A DNA stretch of 64,000 nucleotides, from the NCBI GenBank assembly GCA_027604505.1, contig JADIIX010000122.1, forward strand, positions 1 through 64,000, in the 5' to 3' direction. A model generated the notes under the pieces. It ran no database searches. It saw only the letters and a list, made by a program, of their open reading frames with translations, and was not told where the DNA came from. This document shows, one piece after another, positions 52,401 to 64,000 of the stretch. The DNA comes from Gonapodya sp. JEL0774 (Eukaryota). Numbering within the stretch: position 1 is the stretch's first letter; every line of letters begins with the position of its first letter. A program made the position numbers and the translations under genes.

Positions 52401-54952
52401 TGATTTGATTTTCATTCAGCAAGAAAAATGGGTTGCCGGCGTGAGACAACTCGCAGCAACATCCTCAGAGGTGCTGGAGCTTACAAGGATTCTTCGAGTC
52501 AACAACCTTTCGGGGATACTTGAACGCCTTTCGGAGTCGGATAAGCAAACATTCGAAACCACTGCATTTGCGGAGATTGCGGTTGGACTTAGTGAGAGGT
52601 CCCGACAATTGGTTGCAGCATTGTTTCGAGCCTTGCTTGAGGTGAGCGAAATGCACTGCAGCTCCGTGAATTCCAATTTGAAGTTCAATCCCAAAACAGA
52701 CAGGAGTTGCGAAAGACGAGCTCAAGGAACGTTGTCCTCTACTCTTTTCTGCACAAGACACGCTGTTACTTGAGGTACCGTATCTCGAGTTTCTTTCTTG
52801 GAAGTTCAGCCTGTACAATCCATGCGTATTCAAGGCCCAGAATTTGCTCTCGAAAGCGCGGAGTGCCCCGTCCACCACCCGCGAAGAATTTCTAATCGAA
52901 GCGGTACGGTACGTCTTGGGGGAATCTATCAGCACCGTCAGATGATTATGCCGATACTTTGCCATTTCAGTCTCTTGAAAGAATTACCTCGGCCGATATC
53001 GAAGGACGAGCTTCTGCTCGTAGTAGATGAGCTGCAATCGTCAGGATTTGCGAATGGTTCGTGCCCCAGCCATCGCGTAGTCGAGGCAGAAATCAATCTC
53101 TAGTCTTTCTAAGGAGCTGTCGAGGTTGCTTTGTGGAGAGCCCAAAAAGTTGATCCGACGGACGCAGCTTTAGACTGCATGAGGGATGTTAGTGGAGTCT
53201 CACAGGTTGGTTCTTGCTAACAGGGCTTTGATGCACTTTTGGCTAATTAAATGGCAGGTGTCGAAAGAGGCGTACGATCGTCGCATGGAGTGTTATGCGA
53301 TAATTTTGAAAGTTATATCCGAAAGCTTAACAAACGGTCCCAATGAGAACTTGCTGCGCCTACCAGCATTTCAGCGAGCGATCGTTTCTGATGACATATT
53401 ACTGCAGTTTTATCTCTATGACTGGCTTCTCAACGGAAATTACACCCATGTTTTGCTTAAGGTGAGCAATCGTTGAAAAGTTTTCAGAATTCAAAATCTC
53501 AGAAAGGAAGCCCGTGCTAGATGCCGTCTAATTCTTTGGAGTTATACCTCAAGTCGAATACGACAGTGCCAAAAAAGCTCTTACTATGGCAGTATTTGGT
53601 GCAACAAAGGGATTACCGAGAAGCTGCCAGAACCCTTTGTGATCTTGCCGAAACTCCCAAGTTAGTTCGCACTCTCCTGTTTTCGATTGACGAGTTTTTC
53701 TCACGTTTGACTTCTGGTTAAGTGAGGGAGTCAACCTCAAAAGCAGGATAGAGTATTTGTCATCTGCACTAGCAAGTCTCAGAAGTAGCATGGTTGTGGA
53801 TCCCCACGCCGCAGCACTGGCTGACGAGATCAACGAGAAGCTTGAGGTAGGGAATACGGTCTGTCTGCAGTACTTCGGAGCTGATTCCATTCTCCTCTGG
53901 TCCCTACCATCTACCCGTTCTCAAACAGGTCGCCAACATCCAAAATCAAATCCTTCAGGCGCTTCGATCCCGTGTAGAAGTGGGCACTTTGTCAGATGAA
54001 TCACGGCACATCGAAGCCCTTGATAGTTCGCTTCATTCAATCAGTGAGGCAAGTCATCATTCGCGCGCCCAATAAACGATAGTTCCGTGACAATTACATT
54101 GCCAATACAAGCTTTACAAACGATTTGCGGGTCCGCTAAGATTATACGACGAGATTTTGCAGATTTTCCACTCCTCGTGAGCCTTACTGTGGTTGAGAAA
54201 GTATGTACGCAACTCACTCAATACTTTTTGTGCGACAGTAAATTTTACGAGAAAACTGCAATCAAAACTGCTTGGGAAGGAATCATTGAAGGTTGTTATT
54301 CAACAAGAGGCTCCTCTGACCGCTGAATTCCACTCATTCTACTTACTTCAGGTTTGAAGTCAGAGGATGCCTCTATTAGAAGACTCAATCAGGTCATGAG
54401 AAAGATTGGGGGTGATGAGGCTCTGGTACCCTTGGGTGAGCTACCCGGTAGGATTCCGCCAGAATGAATGTTACTCACCAACCATGTGCCTGGAAGATCC
54501 CATTGCTCAAATGTTGTGCGAGATGACTTGGGGACGGTCTTACTCTGATTCTTTTCCATATCGTGCACTGATGGCGTTCGAAGTCTTCCAGCCACAAGAG
54601 GCGATATTGGCACTCACCAGGGCATTCGATGTGAAGGTGAGCCCCTGTTTCACGAATAATTTTCTGACGGTGCCTGCTCGTCTCAACTGTGAAAATATCG
54701 CGTAGCCTGATCCGCAGTGGCGAAGTGCTGTTATTTCAATAATAGGGGAGTCCATTCGACAAGGACGCAATCAAATGGGAAAAGAGTGAGGACTCTCAAC
54801 GATGATAGATTAAAAACGTTTCATTCATGCACCTTTTGCGATTCAGGAAACTGTTAATTGTGGAGAAGGAGGTTTCTCGAATGTCTCAAGGTCTCCGGGA
54901 TGGTCGTCAGCTGGATGCGTTGAAGAGTCTTGAGTCTGTCTTGAGAAGGTAA
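49422..54952 (+). CDS. NUP170: Nucleoporin Nup155/Nup170 family, multi-exon
   Basis: [132 protein letters not shown]. Start and last exon inferred. Confidence 0.92.
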
Positions 54953-55047
54953 TAGGGCACGGTATACTCTCACTGGCCGCAAGTGTATTGTATGTAAATA
55001 TTGGGTCGATCCAATCTGCTGTGGCACCTGCAACAACGTCGAATAAA

Positions 55048-57405
55048 ATGACATCGCGGAAGCTGCTGGTTCTCTTCGCAACCCAGACTGGTAATGCCAT
55101 GGATGTAGCAGAGCGTATTGCTCGGGAGGGGAAACGATGGCGTTTGGAGCCCAGTCTATTATCGATGGATGTTTACAATGGTGTATGTGGATGATTCCAC
55201 TTTCGGAGCCGTTTGGTCTGTCTCACGAATGGAACGTACGCAGGAAGATTTGTGTCGTGAAGAGCTTGTTGTCTTTGTTTGCTCTACAACAGGGCAAGGG
55301 GAGTTCCCTGATACAATGAAGGTATTCATGCACCTCCAATCCAAGCATACCCTCTGATCTCGAGAAAAGCTCACCTCGTAAACCATTAACTGTCAGACCC
55401 TTTGGCAATACTTGTTGAGGAAAAAGCTCAGTGCAAACTTTCTTCACAACTGCAACTTTGGGGTTTTTGGACTCGGTGACAGTTCTTATCCCAGGTACGT
55501 TCAGCCTTCAAGTCGAGTTGCACAGACAGGCTCAAATGATATTTGCAGGTTCAACTTCCCCGCGAAAAAGTTGCACAAGAGACTCCAACAACTTGGGGCG
55601 AACCCACTCATTGAACGGGGTGATGGGGACGACCAACATCCCATGGGGTGAGCATCAGTACACAAATTCTTTCCTCCTTGACCGCAAGAACTGATATGCT
55701 CAAAAGTTTGGACGGTGGCCTTGAACCTTGGCTCAAGCGTTTATGGGAACGAGTCCTTGAACTCCGGCCCCTCGCACCGGGCGTTTCCCCCGTCGACAGC
55801 AATGTGCTGCCAAACCCCAGCTACTTCTTTAGCTACGTAGATTCTACGTCTCCTATACATCCTGTTATGGCACAGAAGTGCGGGGCTGAAGTATCTGCAA
55901 CAGTCGTACGGAATGATCGCGTTACCCAGGAAGACCATTTCCAGGACGTCAGGCATGTCATCTTAGATATTCAGTCATCTGGCTTGTCGTAAGTAGACCT
56001 GACGGCGCTTCCTTAAGTGATCATGACACCCTGAATGTTATATGAGTCAGTTACAGACCGGGGGACATTGTCAACTTCCGACCGAAGAATCTTCCAACTG
56101 AAGTCACAGAGGCCATACGTTATTTTGGATGGGAATCTATCGCGGATAAACCATTTGAAATCTGTTGCGAGGAAGGAACTGGTAAGCGACACGACACTCG
56201 AAAGCACATGTGATGTTGGAGCAATAATCCGTTTGATGTAGTTTATGGGTCACATGATCCTCGAAATCACGATACATGGACATTGCGGCGGCTTCTGGAA
56301 GAGCATTTGGATATTTTTGCGAGGCCGAGGAGATATTTTTTTGAGCTCCTGTCCTTCTTTGCGCAGGACATCGAGCAAGCGAAGAAACTGCGCCATTTTG
56401 CTTCTGCCGAGGGTCAAGTGGGTAGCGGGTTTCTCTCAATCTGGACAGAAGGTTCTTACCACCACTTACTCCAGAGTGACTTATATCAGTACTGTCACAA
56501 AGTACGGCGGACAGCCTTTGAAGTGATTAGGGATTTCAGCTCTGCAAAGTTCTCTCCGGAATATCTCCTGGACTTGCTGCCAGTAATGCGCCCGAGGTCT
56601 TTTTCAATAGCATCTTCCCAATTGGTATGCTCGCATGTTTCTTGTTCGAAATTCTATTGACACCCTGTGGCTAGGCCCATCCGACAGAAATTCATATCCT
56701 GGCTGCAATAGTCCGATATCGCACCAAAATGAGGACACCTCGCGCTGGTGTTTTTACAAAGTTTCTTGCCACCTGGGCGCCTGGGGACACGATATCTCTA
56801 TGGACCACGAGAGGTTCGATGACTCTGCCTCCCAGGGGCGATACCCCAGTAATTTTGATTGGGCCTGGAACTGGAATCGCTCCAATGCGATCCTTTCTGG
56901 AGGAAAGAGTTTCTTTGGAACTGCCCAGTGGGTGTGTGCTGTAGGCTGCAATCGGTCGCCTGGTGCCACACTTCAGAGTTTTTGGCTCTCTAGATAATAC
57001 CATGTTTCAAGGCATCCGTAGCACCAAGAAAGATTTCTACTTTAAGGACCAGTTCATGTCCTTCGTTGCTCGAGGAATGCTTACACACTTCGTGGCACCC
57101 TCACGGGATCAACCTTCGAAAGTTTATGTCCAAGATTGCATTCTCCAGCACGGTGAAGAAATTTGGGATGCTTTATCGAGAGGAGGCATCATATATTTGT
57201 CAGGGTAAGCTATTCAATTCAGTCGTCAATATCATGATCTAAATGCACTGCGTTCGAAAGTAACTCGAACCAAATGCCTCGTGCCGTAAGCAATGCTTTG
57301 AAGGAAGTTTTTGTTCAAACGGGAGGTCTAACGATAGATGCAGCGGAGGAGCTCTTAGATACACTTGAACGGACCAACAGATATCAAATAGAAACATGGT
57401 CGTAA
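55048..57405 (+). CDS. NDOR1: NADPH-dependent diflavin oxidoreductase 1 (Tah18/NDOR1)
   Basis: LLVLFATQTGNAMDVAE; VFVCSTTGQGEFP; FGLGDSSYPRFN; HFQDVRH; RPRSFSIASS; LIGPGTGIAPMRSF; KVYVQD; terminal RYQIETWS*. Confidence 0.95.
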
Positions 57406-57419
57406 ATTCAACAGAACGG

Positions 57420-59735
57420 TTATGAAACAGTGTCATTAGACGCGTCTTGCTTAGATCGCTTGCTCTCCTGCTCCCTTTCGGTTGCTTTTCGTTTAACGGC
57501 ACGGGCCTGTTTAAACAACGTGAGGGTGCTGAGAGAACAAGCAACAAACAATGACACCGGACCCACTTTGGGACCCCAATTCGAAGTTGGGTTTTCTTGG
57601 TAGCGAACCAAGTTGATTCTGCGAGAATGGGATTCACTCTTGGTGTTAACGGAGAAGTCGATTGTGCAGCTAACAATATCTATAATCTTAGGGACATTTC
57701 CAGGACTCGAATGGAAATAAGTACCAACCTTGGCTGCACATAGAGTATTTTCGACGCGGCAGATCCTTCTTCTGGTGGTTTGGATGGATGGCGGTTCACC
57801 CATGCTCGTAGTACATCCCAGAACACTGAAGCTGAGGCATCTGTTTTCACAGTCAGAGGCCCTGTATGAGACAGGGATACTCGGTGATTGGCATTGAGAA
57901 GCGCAGAACTGTATTGTGTAAGTTGACAATTGAGCTGGGCATCATCTCTGCGAATAGAACTCACGTGAACAGCGCAAAAGGGGGAACTGTGCAACGCAAA
58001 ACAGAGCACGCTGTCGCAAGATTGTAGTGCAACGGTACATCGTGTAACTCCTCTGATATGACTGTGAGCATTCCTGTCATTCTAGGCAGAGTGTTGTAGC
58101 TCGCTTTTGATGATGACACATGTTCTAGCATTGTTGAAACGAATGTAGGGTCTTGTATGGGAGCTCCATAAAAAGGCCCGCCAATCTGCGAAAAGTAATA
58201 ACCTTTACCTTTTCGAGAGAAAAGAAGAAACACAGGTCCAAGCCCCTTCCGCTCCCTATCTAAGAGTTAACTCACATGCAAGGGACTGTCACAGTGAGGG
58301 CAGTTCCTCCCCACTGGTGGACCAGTTGAGACGCCATAATGAAGGTTCCCCTGCGATCGCTCTGTCGTCTTACCGATTGCGTGACACGTAAATGACCGAC
58401 ATCGGGTGCAACTGAACACCAATGACGTATTGCTGGGCACCTGCGTTGGTCATTCCGATGCAATACGCGGTGCACGAACGGCATGACACACCTGGCAGCT
58501 TTACGGGTATCATTTGCAGAGGTCCGAACTTGTACAAACAATCGAATGTAGAAGTCGATGCTACACGAGAGCAGAGGTTTGATGGCCCGTTTATAACGGC
58601 TTGCAGATGATTGAATCGCGTGCAAAACGATGCGCAATGCCTCAAATCCGATACGGCAGCGGAGCAAAATAGACTCAGTTACTTGGCCACCTAATCGTTA
58701 TCCGGATGAATCAACAGACCATTTCGTGGTTATAGGGTGCGTTCGGTATTGGGACACCGCCATATTTAGCCCAGCAGGCCTCCGTCTGTCCACTTCCAGC
58801 AAGAACGGCAAGATCTGTGCAAGTGATGCACAGAAGACCTGCCAACAGGGAGAATAGAGAACTGACAGTCTGTGGACACATTCTTAATCCACCAACCTCC
58901 ATCCTCCACTGACTGTACCGCAGCATCAAGAAACGGCGCAGCAGAACCGTAGGGATCCTTGCGGGATAATAAGCCTTAAAATAATACCATGTTTGAGTGT
59001 GAGTTGATCACCTCCTCACCAGGTCAACAACACTGAACAGCTTTCGTTGCAATCGATGTTCATGCATGATTGAGCTGCGTAGATCCGGGAGCATAGTTTG
59101 AGAGAATTCGCGTATGTTCGGCCATTTTCCTCTCACTTGGCATCCCCACAGTTTGCTTGCACTGCATCACTTGATAAGCCGTTGTAGCTCACATTCCTTG
59201 CTATGGCTCCTACTGCCTCAGGATCCAGGTCGTTTGCGATGATGCGCACATCAAACCCAGATATCTCTTTCGCGTATCGAATCGATCGTAGACCAGTTGC
59301 AGAGAGAGCTTCAAGAACACTGATTGTAGACACCATTCTACCAGCTGCTAGATCTGGTGCATCCAGGTGCTGAGCTTTCATTCAAAGAAGTTTTGTAGCT
59401 TTGACCTACGAGTCATAAGCAAGTTAACGCACCAGAGGCGCTAGACCCTGATTCCGTTCTCCGACGTTGTGCTCGTTGCTCTCTTTCCTGTTGCCTCAGT
59501 ACTCCCCAAGAGGTAATAGCCGCAACTGACTGGCGTGAGTGGTGTTGAGAATCAACAGCGGGTATGATAATTGCAAGTAGAGGACCTCACGAACCATATC
59601 ACGGTTGAACTCTTGAACAGGGTTGTAGAAGACAGATTTGTCGTCTGGGAAGAGAATGACAGCCGAGCCCTCTCTGATTGTCAGAAACCTTCTTCCCTCG
59701 TACTCAATTTCATTGTTGCTGGTTGACGATGTCAT
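57420..59735 (-). CDS. TRM1: tRNA (guanine-N2,N2)-dimethyltransferase Trm1
   Basis: [85 protein letters not shown]. Confidence 0.95.
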
Positions 59736-60583
59736 GATTTTCTCTTCAATTTGTTTCTTCTCCCACATCCCAACCTTCACAGCTGTGGTCACAAGGGAAG
59801 GGCTGTGGATGATCTGAGGGCAAACTAAACTAACTACCTTGAGTGTTATCAGTTCCCGCAAACTAACAGCAACAGTCTCGCCGTTTTCGACGGAACTTGG
59901 CCCACTCTCTGTTTTAATGTTTACGAGTAATCCACACACATATTGCCCTGGGAACTCCTCAAGTCGAAGTGGACCCTACCTTTTCGTTTTCGCCCTCTCT
60001 GGAATGTGAGCTCTTGCGTGCATCATCAGTGTCGCGCACAGTGAGGAAACACGCTATAGAGGAATCAGCTTGCGTTGGAGTGTTTCGCCCGCCCGGAATG
60101 AAATGAACTACCGCGCTCACCGCAAGCCTCCATGAAACGTGATACAATGATATACCAGTATGCCTCCGCATCTCTTGGGACACAACATTCCTTACGCTGA
60201 ATAAGTAAATGGTCGACGACGATTTTGTTCCAGGAATGGAAGGTCAGGGAGAGTTTACTCAAGAACATTTTCGTTCGTTAGTTGGCTCCACATGCACGAA
60301 TTAATTCAGAAATGCGATGAGAATAGGGTGCACGGACACTTCCACCATGACGGAACTGCCAAAAAGCTCGAAAAAAATGTCCCTCCGTTGACCGTTCAGA
60401 ACACTGCGGCGCAGACTGCACTCCGGGCAGTCAATTCCCAGACCCCACATCAAAGTAGACACGAATCAGCTTTATCGGTGTTGAATCTGACCTATCGTGA
60501 TGGAAATCGGCTCCCTTGCACAACATCCACACTCCCGATCGTCATTTCACAGTGTATATGATTGCAATGATCGTACAGTCAGC

Positions 60584-61934
60584 TCATGCTTCCCTTTTCT
60601 GGTGCTTCCGTACACTAAATCCTCGCCAAATCCTTTACGAGAGGAAGTTCAATAAAACATCACGTCCGATTTCAGAGGAGTATCTGGAAAATACCTTTGA
60701 ATTTGAATTGCTGCCCGATGGAGGAGGCCATTCAATTGATGTCCGCTTTCGTCTTCCATCTTCTTATCATCTTCCACCAATTGAAGGAGCTCCTCGTACA
60801 GTGTGACCTGAGTGGGGAAGAAAACATCAATGATTATCCTATCCTTGATCCAATTCATTTTCATATCAACGAACCAACTCCTCGAATTTGTCAAGATCAG
60901 CACTCCTCTGCTGCTTAAGTGATTCAATCTCTTGAGATTTGTTCTCCATATCCTGCTCATATTTCGCCATCCATTTTTGGATATCGTCGTCTAAGTTTTG
61001 TCTGCGACAGAAGCGCATGGCTTAGTGACCGCACGAAACATGACTAATGGAACCAAGTGAACCTTTGGTGAGAGAGGTACTCCACCACTCTTTGATGGGC
61101 AACATTCTCTTGATCAATAGACAGCAAAAGCTGCAACTTCTTCTCTTGCAACGATGACTCTTGTGCAGAACATCGTATCCTGGTGCCTGCTTCGTGTGCC
61201 TTTGTTTCTTTCCTTACGTATTTCTGTTCAGAAGACGTAAGCATGTTGATCTCCTGTATCGTGTCTTTCAATTGCAGAATGACTTGATTTCGATCCGATA
61301 ATTCCTCTTCCAAAATCTTTCTCTCATTTGCGAGGTCGTTCTGGAGCTCCTTTAGGAGATTCACGGCTTCATTTTCCCTACTCGCATGGAACCTTAATCG
61401 ATTCACCCAAGATTCGGCAGTGCACTGCTACCAACCGGTTTAATGTGCCCTCAAGCCAGCTGCGCTTCCGGTAAGCTTCATTGACGGTCGATATAATAGT
61501 TTCGAACTTTGAGCTTTCTAGTTCCTCCGTTGCTTGCGAAATCACCATTGTAAACCACTTCCGTTCACTTTCGATTTTCGCGCCATGGTAAACTTGAGTG
61601 TTCTGAGGTTTAGAATTCCGCTGCCACGTGTCGGTGTCGTCTTCTTGCGTGTCTGCATGCTTCTCAGGACAATTACTCAACACAGATAAAAGCTTGAGCT
61701 TAATTCAACATATCTTACAGACACTAGATGTTCGTTCCCTTGCGTCCGTTGTATGTCTCGCAGAATCTAAGAATGCGGAGTCAATGTGATGGCTTGACAA
61801 TCACCATTGGATGTGAAAACTGTCCCTACCACGAGCTGTTCGTTGGCATCATTGAAGATACATATGTATGCTTGTGCCTTGCTTGGTGGTAAGTTGGTGT
61901 CCTGAAGACGCGACGCCGATGTTGCGGAAGCCAT
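60584..61934 (-). CDS. IQCG: Dynein regulatory complex subunit 9 (IQCG)
   Basis: Coiled coil DRNQVILQLKDTIQEI...QKYVRKE; IQKWMAKYEQDMENKSQEIESLK; terminal IQ motif AAIQIQRIWRGFSVRK. Confidence 0.85.
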
Positions 61935-62109
61935 CACTGAAGTGGGAGGGGCCGATGGCCGATCATCCAATCCTTCCAAAAGGTCGCAGGCCAACCTGCC
62001 CCAAATCACGATCTCTTCGTTGAGTAGACATAGAATACCCTTCGGAACGATATTTCAGTACCGACTTTTGAATTTTCGCAGACAACCTGGGGTTTTAGCT
62101 GCACGGGCA
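61935..62109. promoter_or_regulatory. Putative bidirectional promoter IQCG / ULP1
   Basis: Divergent genes; ULP1 start inferred at ~62110. Confidence 0.4.
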
Positions 62110-64000
62110 ATGGAGGTCAGGACAACTGTTTCGGCCACACTGACTTTGATTTGTGCTTCCTCGTCCATTTGGCTATCTAGGTTAAGGAGAGACATGCTGC
62201 CGAAAGAGAATTTCAGCTGCGAAGTTGCTACGCGGACTTCGACGGAATGCAGGATTTAGGTATTTAGCATTCAATGCCTATCCCATGACTACAAACACAC
62301 ACACGGACGACTCTACTAGAATCGGATCTAACGAGGAGGGAATCAGCTTGTGGGGTTCACCATTGAAGGCATTGAAGGCAGTGGTCAACAACTGTTGAAA
62401 TTATGCCTCTAGCGTTTCAGGCCTATCGGGACGCAGTTCGAGAAGCCACCTTACTGCAAGGTTGGGAACCGTCTTCCTGATAATGACTGGATCAAGTTCC
62501 TGACATCAACACCATGGTTCTAGATCGCAATTTTGGAAATGTATCGGAAGTGTGGAGGAAGGTACTGTACTCCTGATCAGATTTTTCATGAATAGAGCCA
62601 CATGCTTCCAACTTACATTTGGCAGTCCAACATGCGCTCATCTTTTGAAACGCAGAATGTACCTGGACTTGAAAAGCTCATCGCTCAAATTCGTGTAGTG
62701 CTTTTGTGAGTTGTATACAGGAAGATGCGCACATAGTTTCAAATTGCCTCCTCAAGTTCCACCACCAAAAGAAATAATGAAATTGTACCTGATGGTGAGA
62801 CCCCATGGCATGATGCAGTGGTCCAGAAATCCATAGACATTGGTGACAAGGTGCAGAATAATAAAGTAGCAGCGTGACAGTTGGCACCGTGCACTAATGC
62901 ACACTTGGTTCAAAGATCAAACACTTGAGATTAATCCAGAGATCAGTGAGCAGCTTCTTTTTAAATTATGTGTGGAATGGGACATGCTGTCATACATTTG
63001 AATAGGCTGCCAATTTCCCTCCACTCCCACCTGGAATGCCAGAGAAACTTCTTGCAGAGCGGGTTTGTATATGTTAAGTTACCTGGCGACTAAGTGAGTG
63101 GCAACTTACTGAATGTTGTGACACAGATACAAATTGCCCGCAATGGACCACTAGTTGAAGCCTTCAGCATTGATATAAAAGGAAAAGATATTGCAACATT
63201 GGGTGATGGACAGTGGCTCAATGATGAAGTATGTACAATGTGATGTACCCCATTTCCTCATTGCTGTTTGTGTGTAACTTTTTGATCGTGAAGGTGATCA
63301 ACTTTTATCTTAACCTCATAATGGAGCGATCAAAAACTACTCCTGGGTCATATCCAAAAGTGCACTGCTTTAACACATTTTTCTACTCAAAGTTGAGGCA
63401 AGAAGGGTATGCCTCTATCCAAAGGTGGACAAGGAGAGTGAGTTGGTTTAGTTCCTGTGCTAAAATATAGAACGGGATTTTTGAAAATGATTTTTCTTGA
63501 AGTTTGATTTGTTTGCACTAGATTATGTGGTGGTTCCAGTGCATTTATCATTGCATTGGTGCTGTGCTATTATTAACTTTAAGATGAAAAGATTTGAGTA
63601 TTATGACTCTCTTCATGGAGAGAATCCACAGTGTCTCCAGGTGTGTGTATCTTGTACTGTTTGTATTTGAAGTGCATTAAAAATACTTCACCCCCCACAG
63701 GCTCTGAGGGATTACCTCCAAAGTGAACATATAAACAAGAAAGGTTCCACTATTGATCTTAGTAGTTGGCAGGATTACTCTCCAAAGGTCAGTTTTGAAT
63801 TGATATCATGAGAAATATCTCCTCCAACTTTTTGCATCAGGATATTCCGGCGCAAGAGAATGGTTATGACTGTGGTGTTTTTACCTGCACATTTGCAAAT
63901 TACATTTCCCAAGGAAAAGTATTTGACTTCAGTCAAAAGGATATGAAATATTTGAGGAGACGTATGATATTTGAGATACTGACAAAGAAGTTTCTCACCA
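62110..64000 (+). CDS. ULP1: SUMO protease Ulp1/SENP (peptidase C48); start uncertain, stop just beyond the window
   Basis: [59 protein letters not shown] (His-Asp-Cys triad); [10 protein letters not shown]. Confidence 0.9.

Overview
Eukaryotic, intron-rich, very gene-dense DNA, most likely from a zoosporic (flagellated) fungus. It combines axonemal/IFT genes (HYDIN, IFT140, IQCG/DRC9) with fungal-type genes (STB6-like, SepH/Cdc15-type kinase). Order: end of a hAT transposon (1-463); HYDIN(-); MCM5(-); STB6-like(+); LMBR1/LIMR-family gene(-, 5' half absent); an ~11 kb nest of degraded LINE, Ty1/Copia and PIF/Harbinger elements (~24.6-35.5 kb); SepH-like kinase(-); IFT140(+); ESS1/Pin1(-); POT1(+); NUP155/170(+); NDOR1/TAH18(+); TRM1(-); IQCG/DRC9(-); ULP1(+, runs off the end). 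CDS spans include introns and were reconstructed by eye. Main unexplained signals: (1) a sharp mosaic of CpG-depleted gene bodies and CpG-rich islands; (2) long introns with a G-rich 5' part and C-rich 3' part in the LMBR1-like gene; (3) convergent genes whose coding ends overlap or nearly touch; (4) frequent AAG and one GAG 3' splice site, GC-AG introns and a 7-nt micro-exon. No tRNA, rRNA or CRISPR array was seen.
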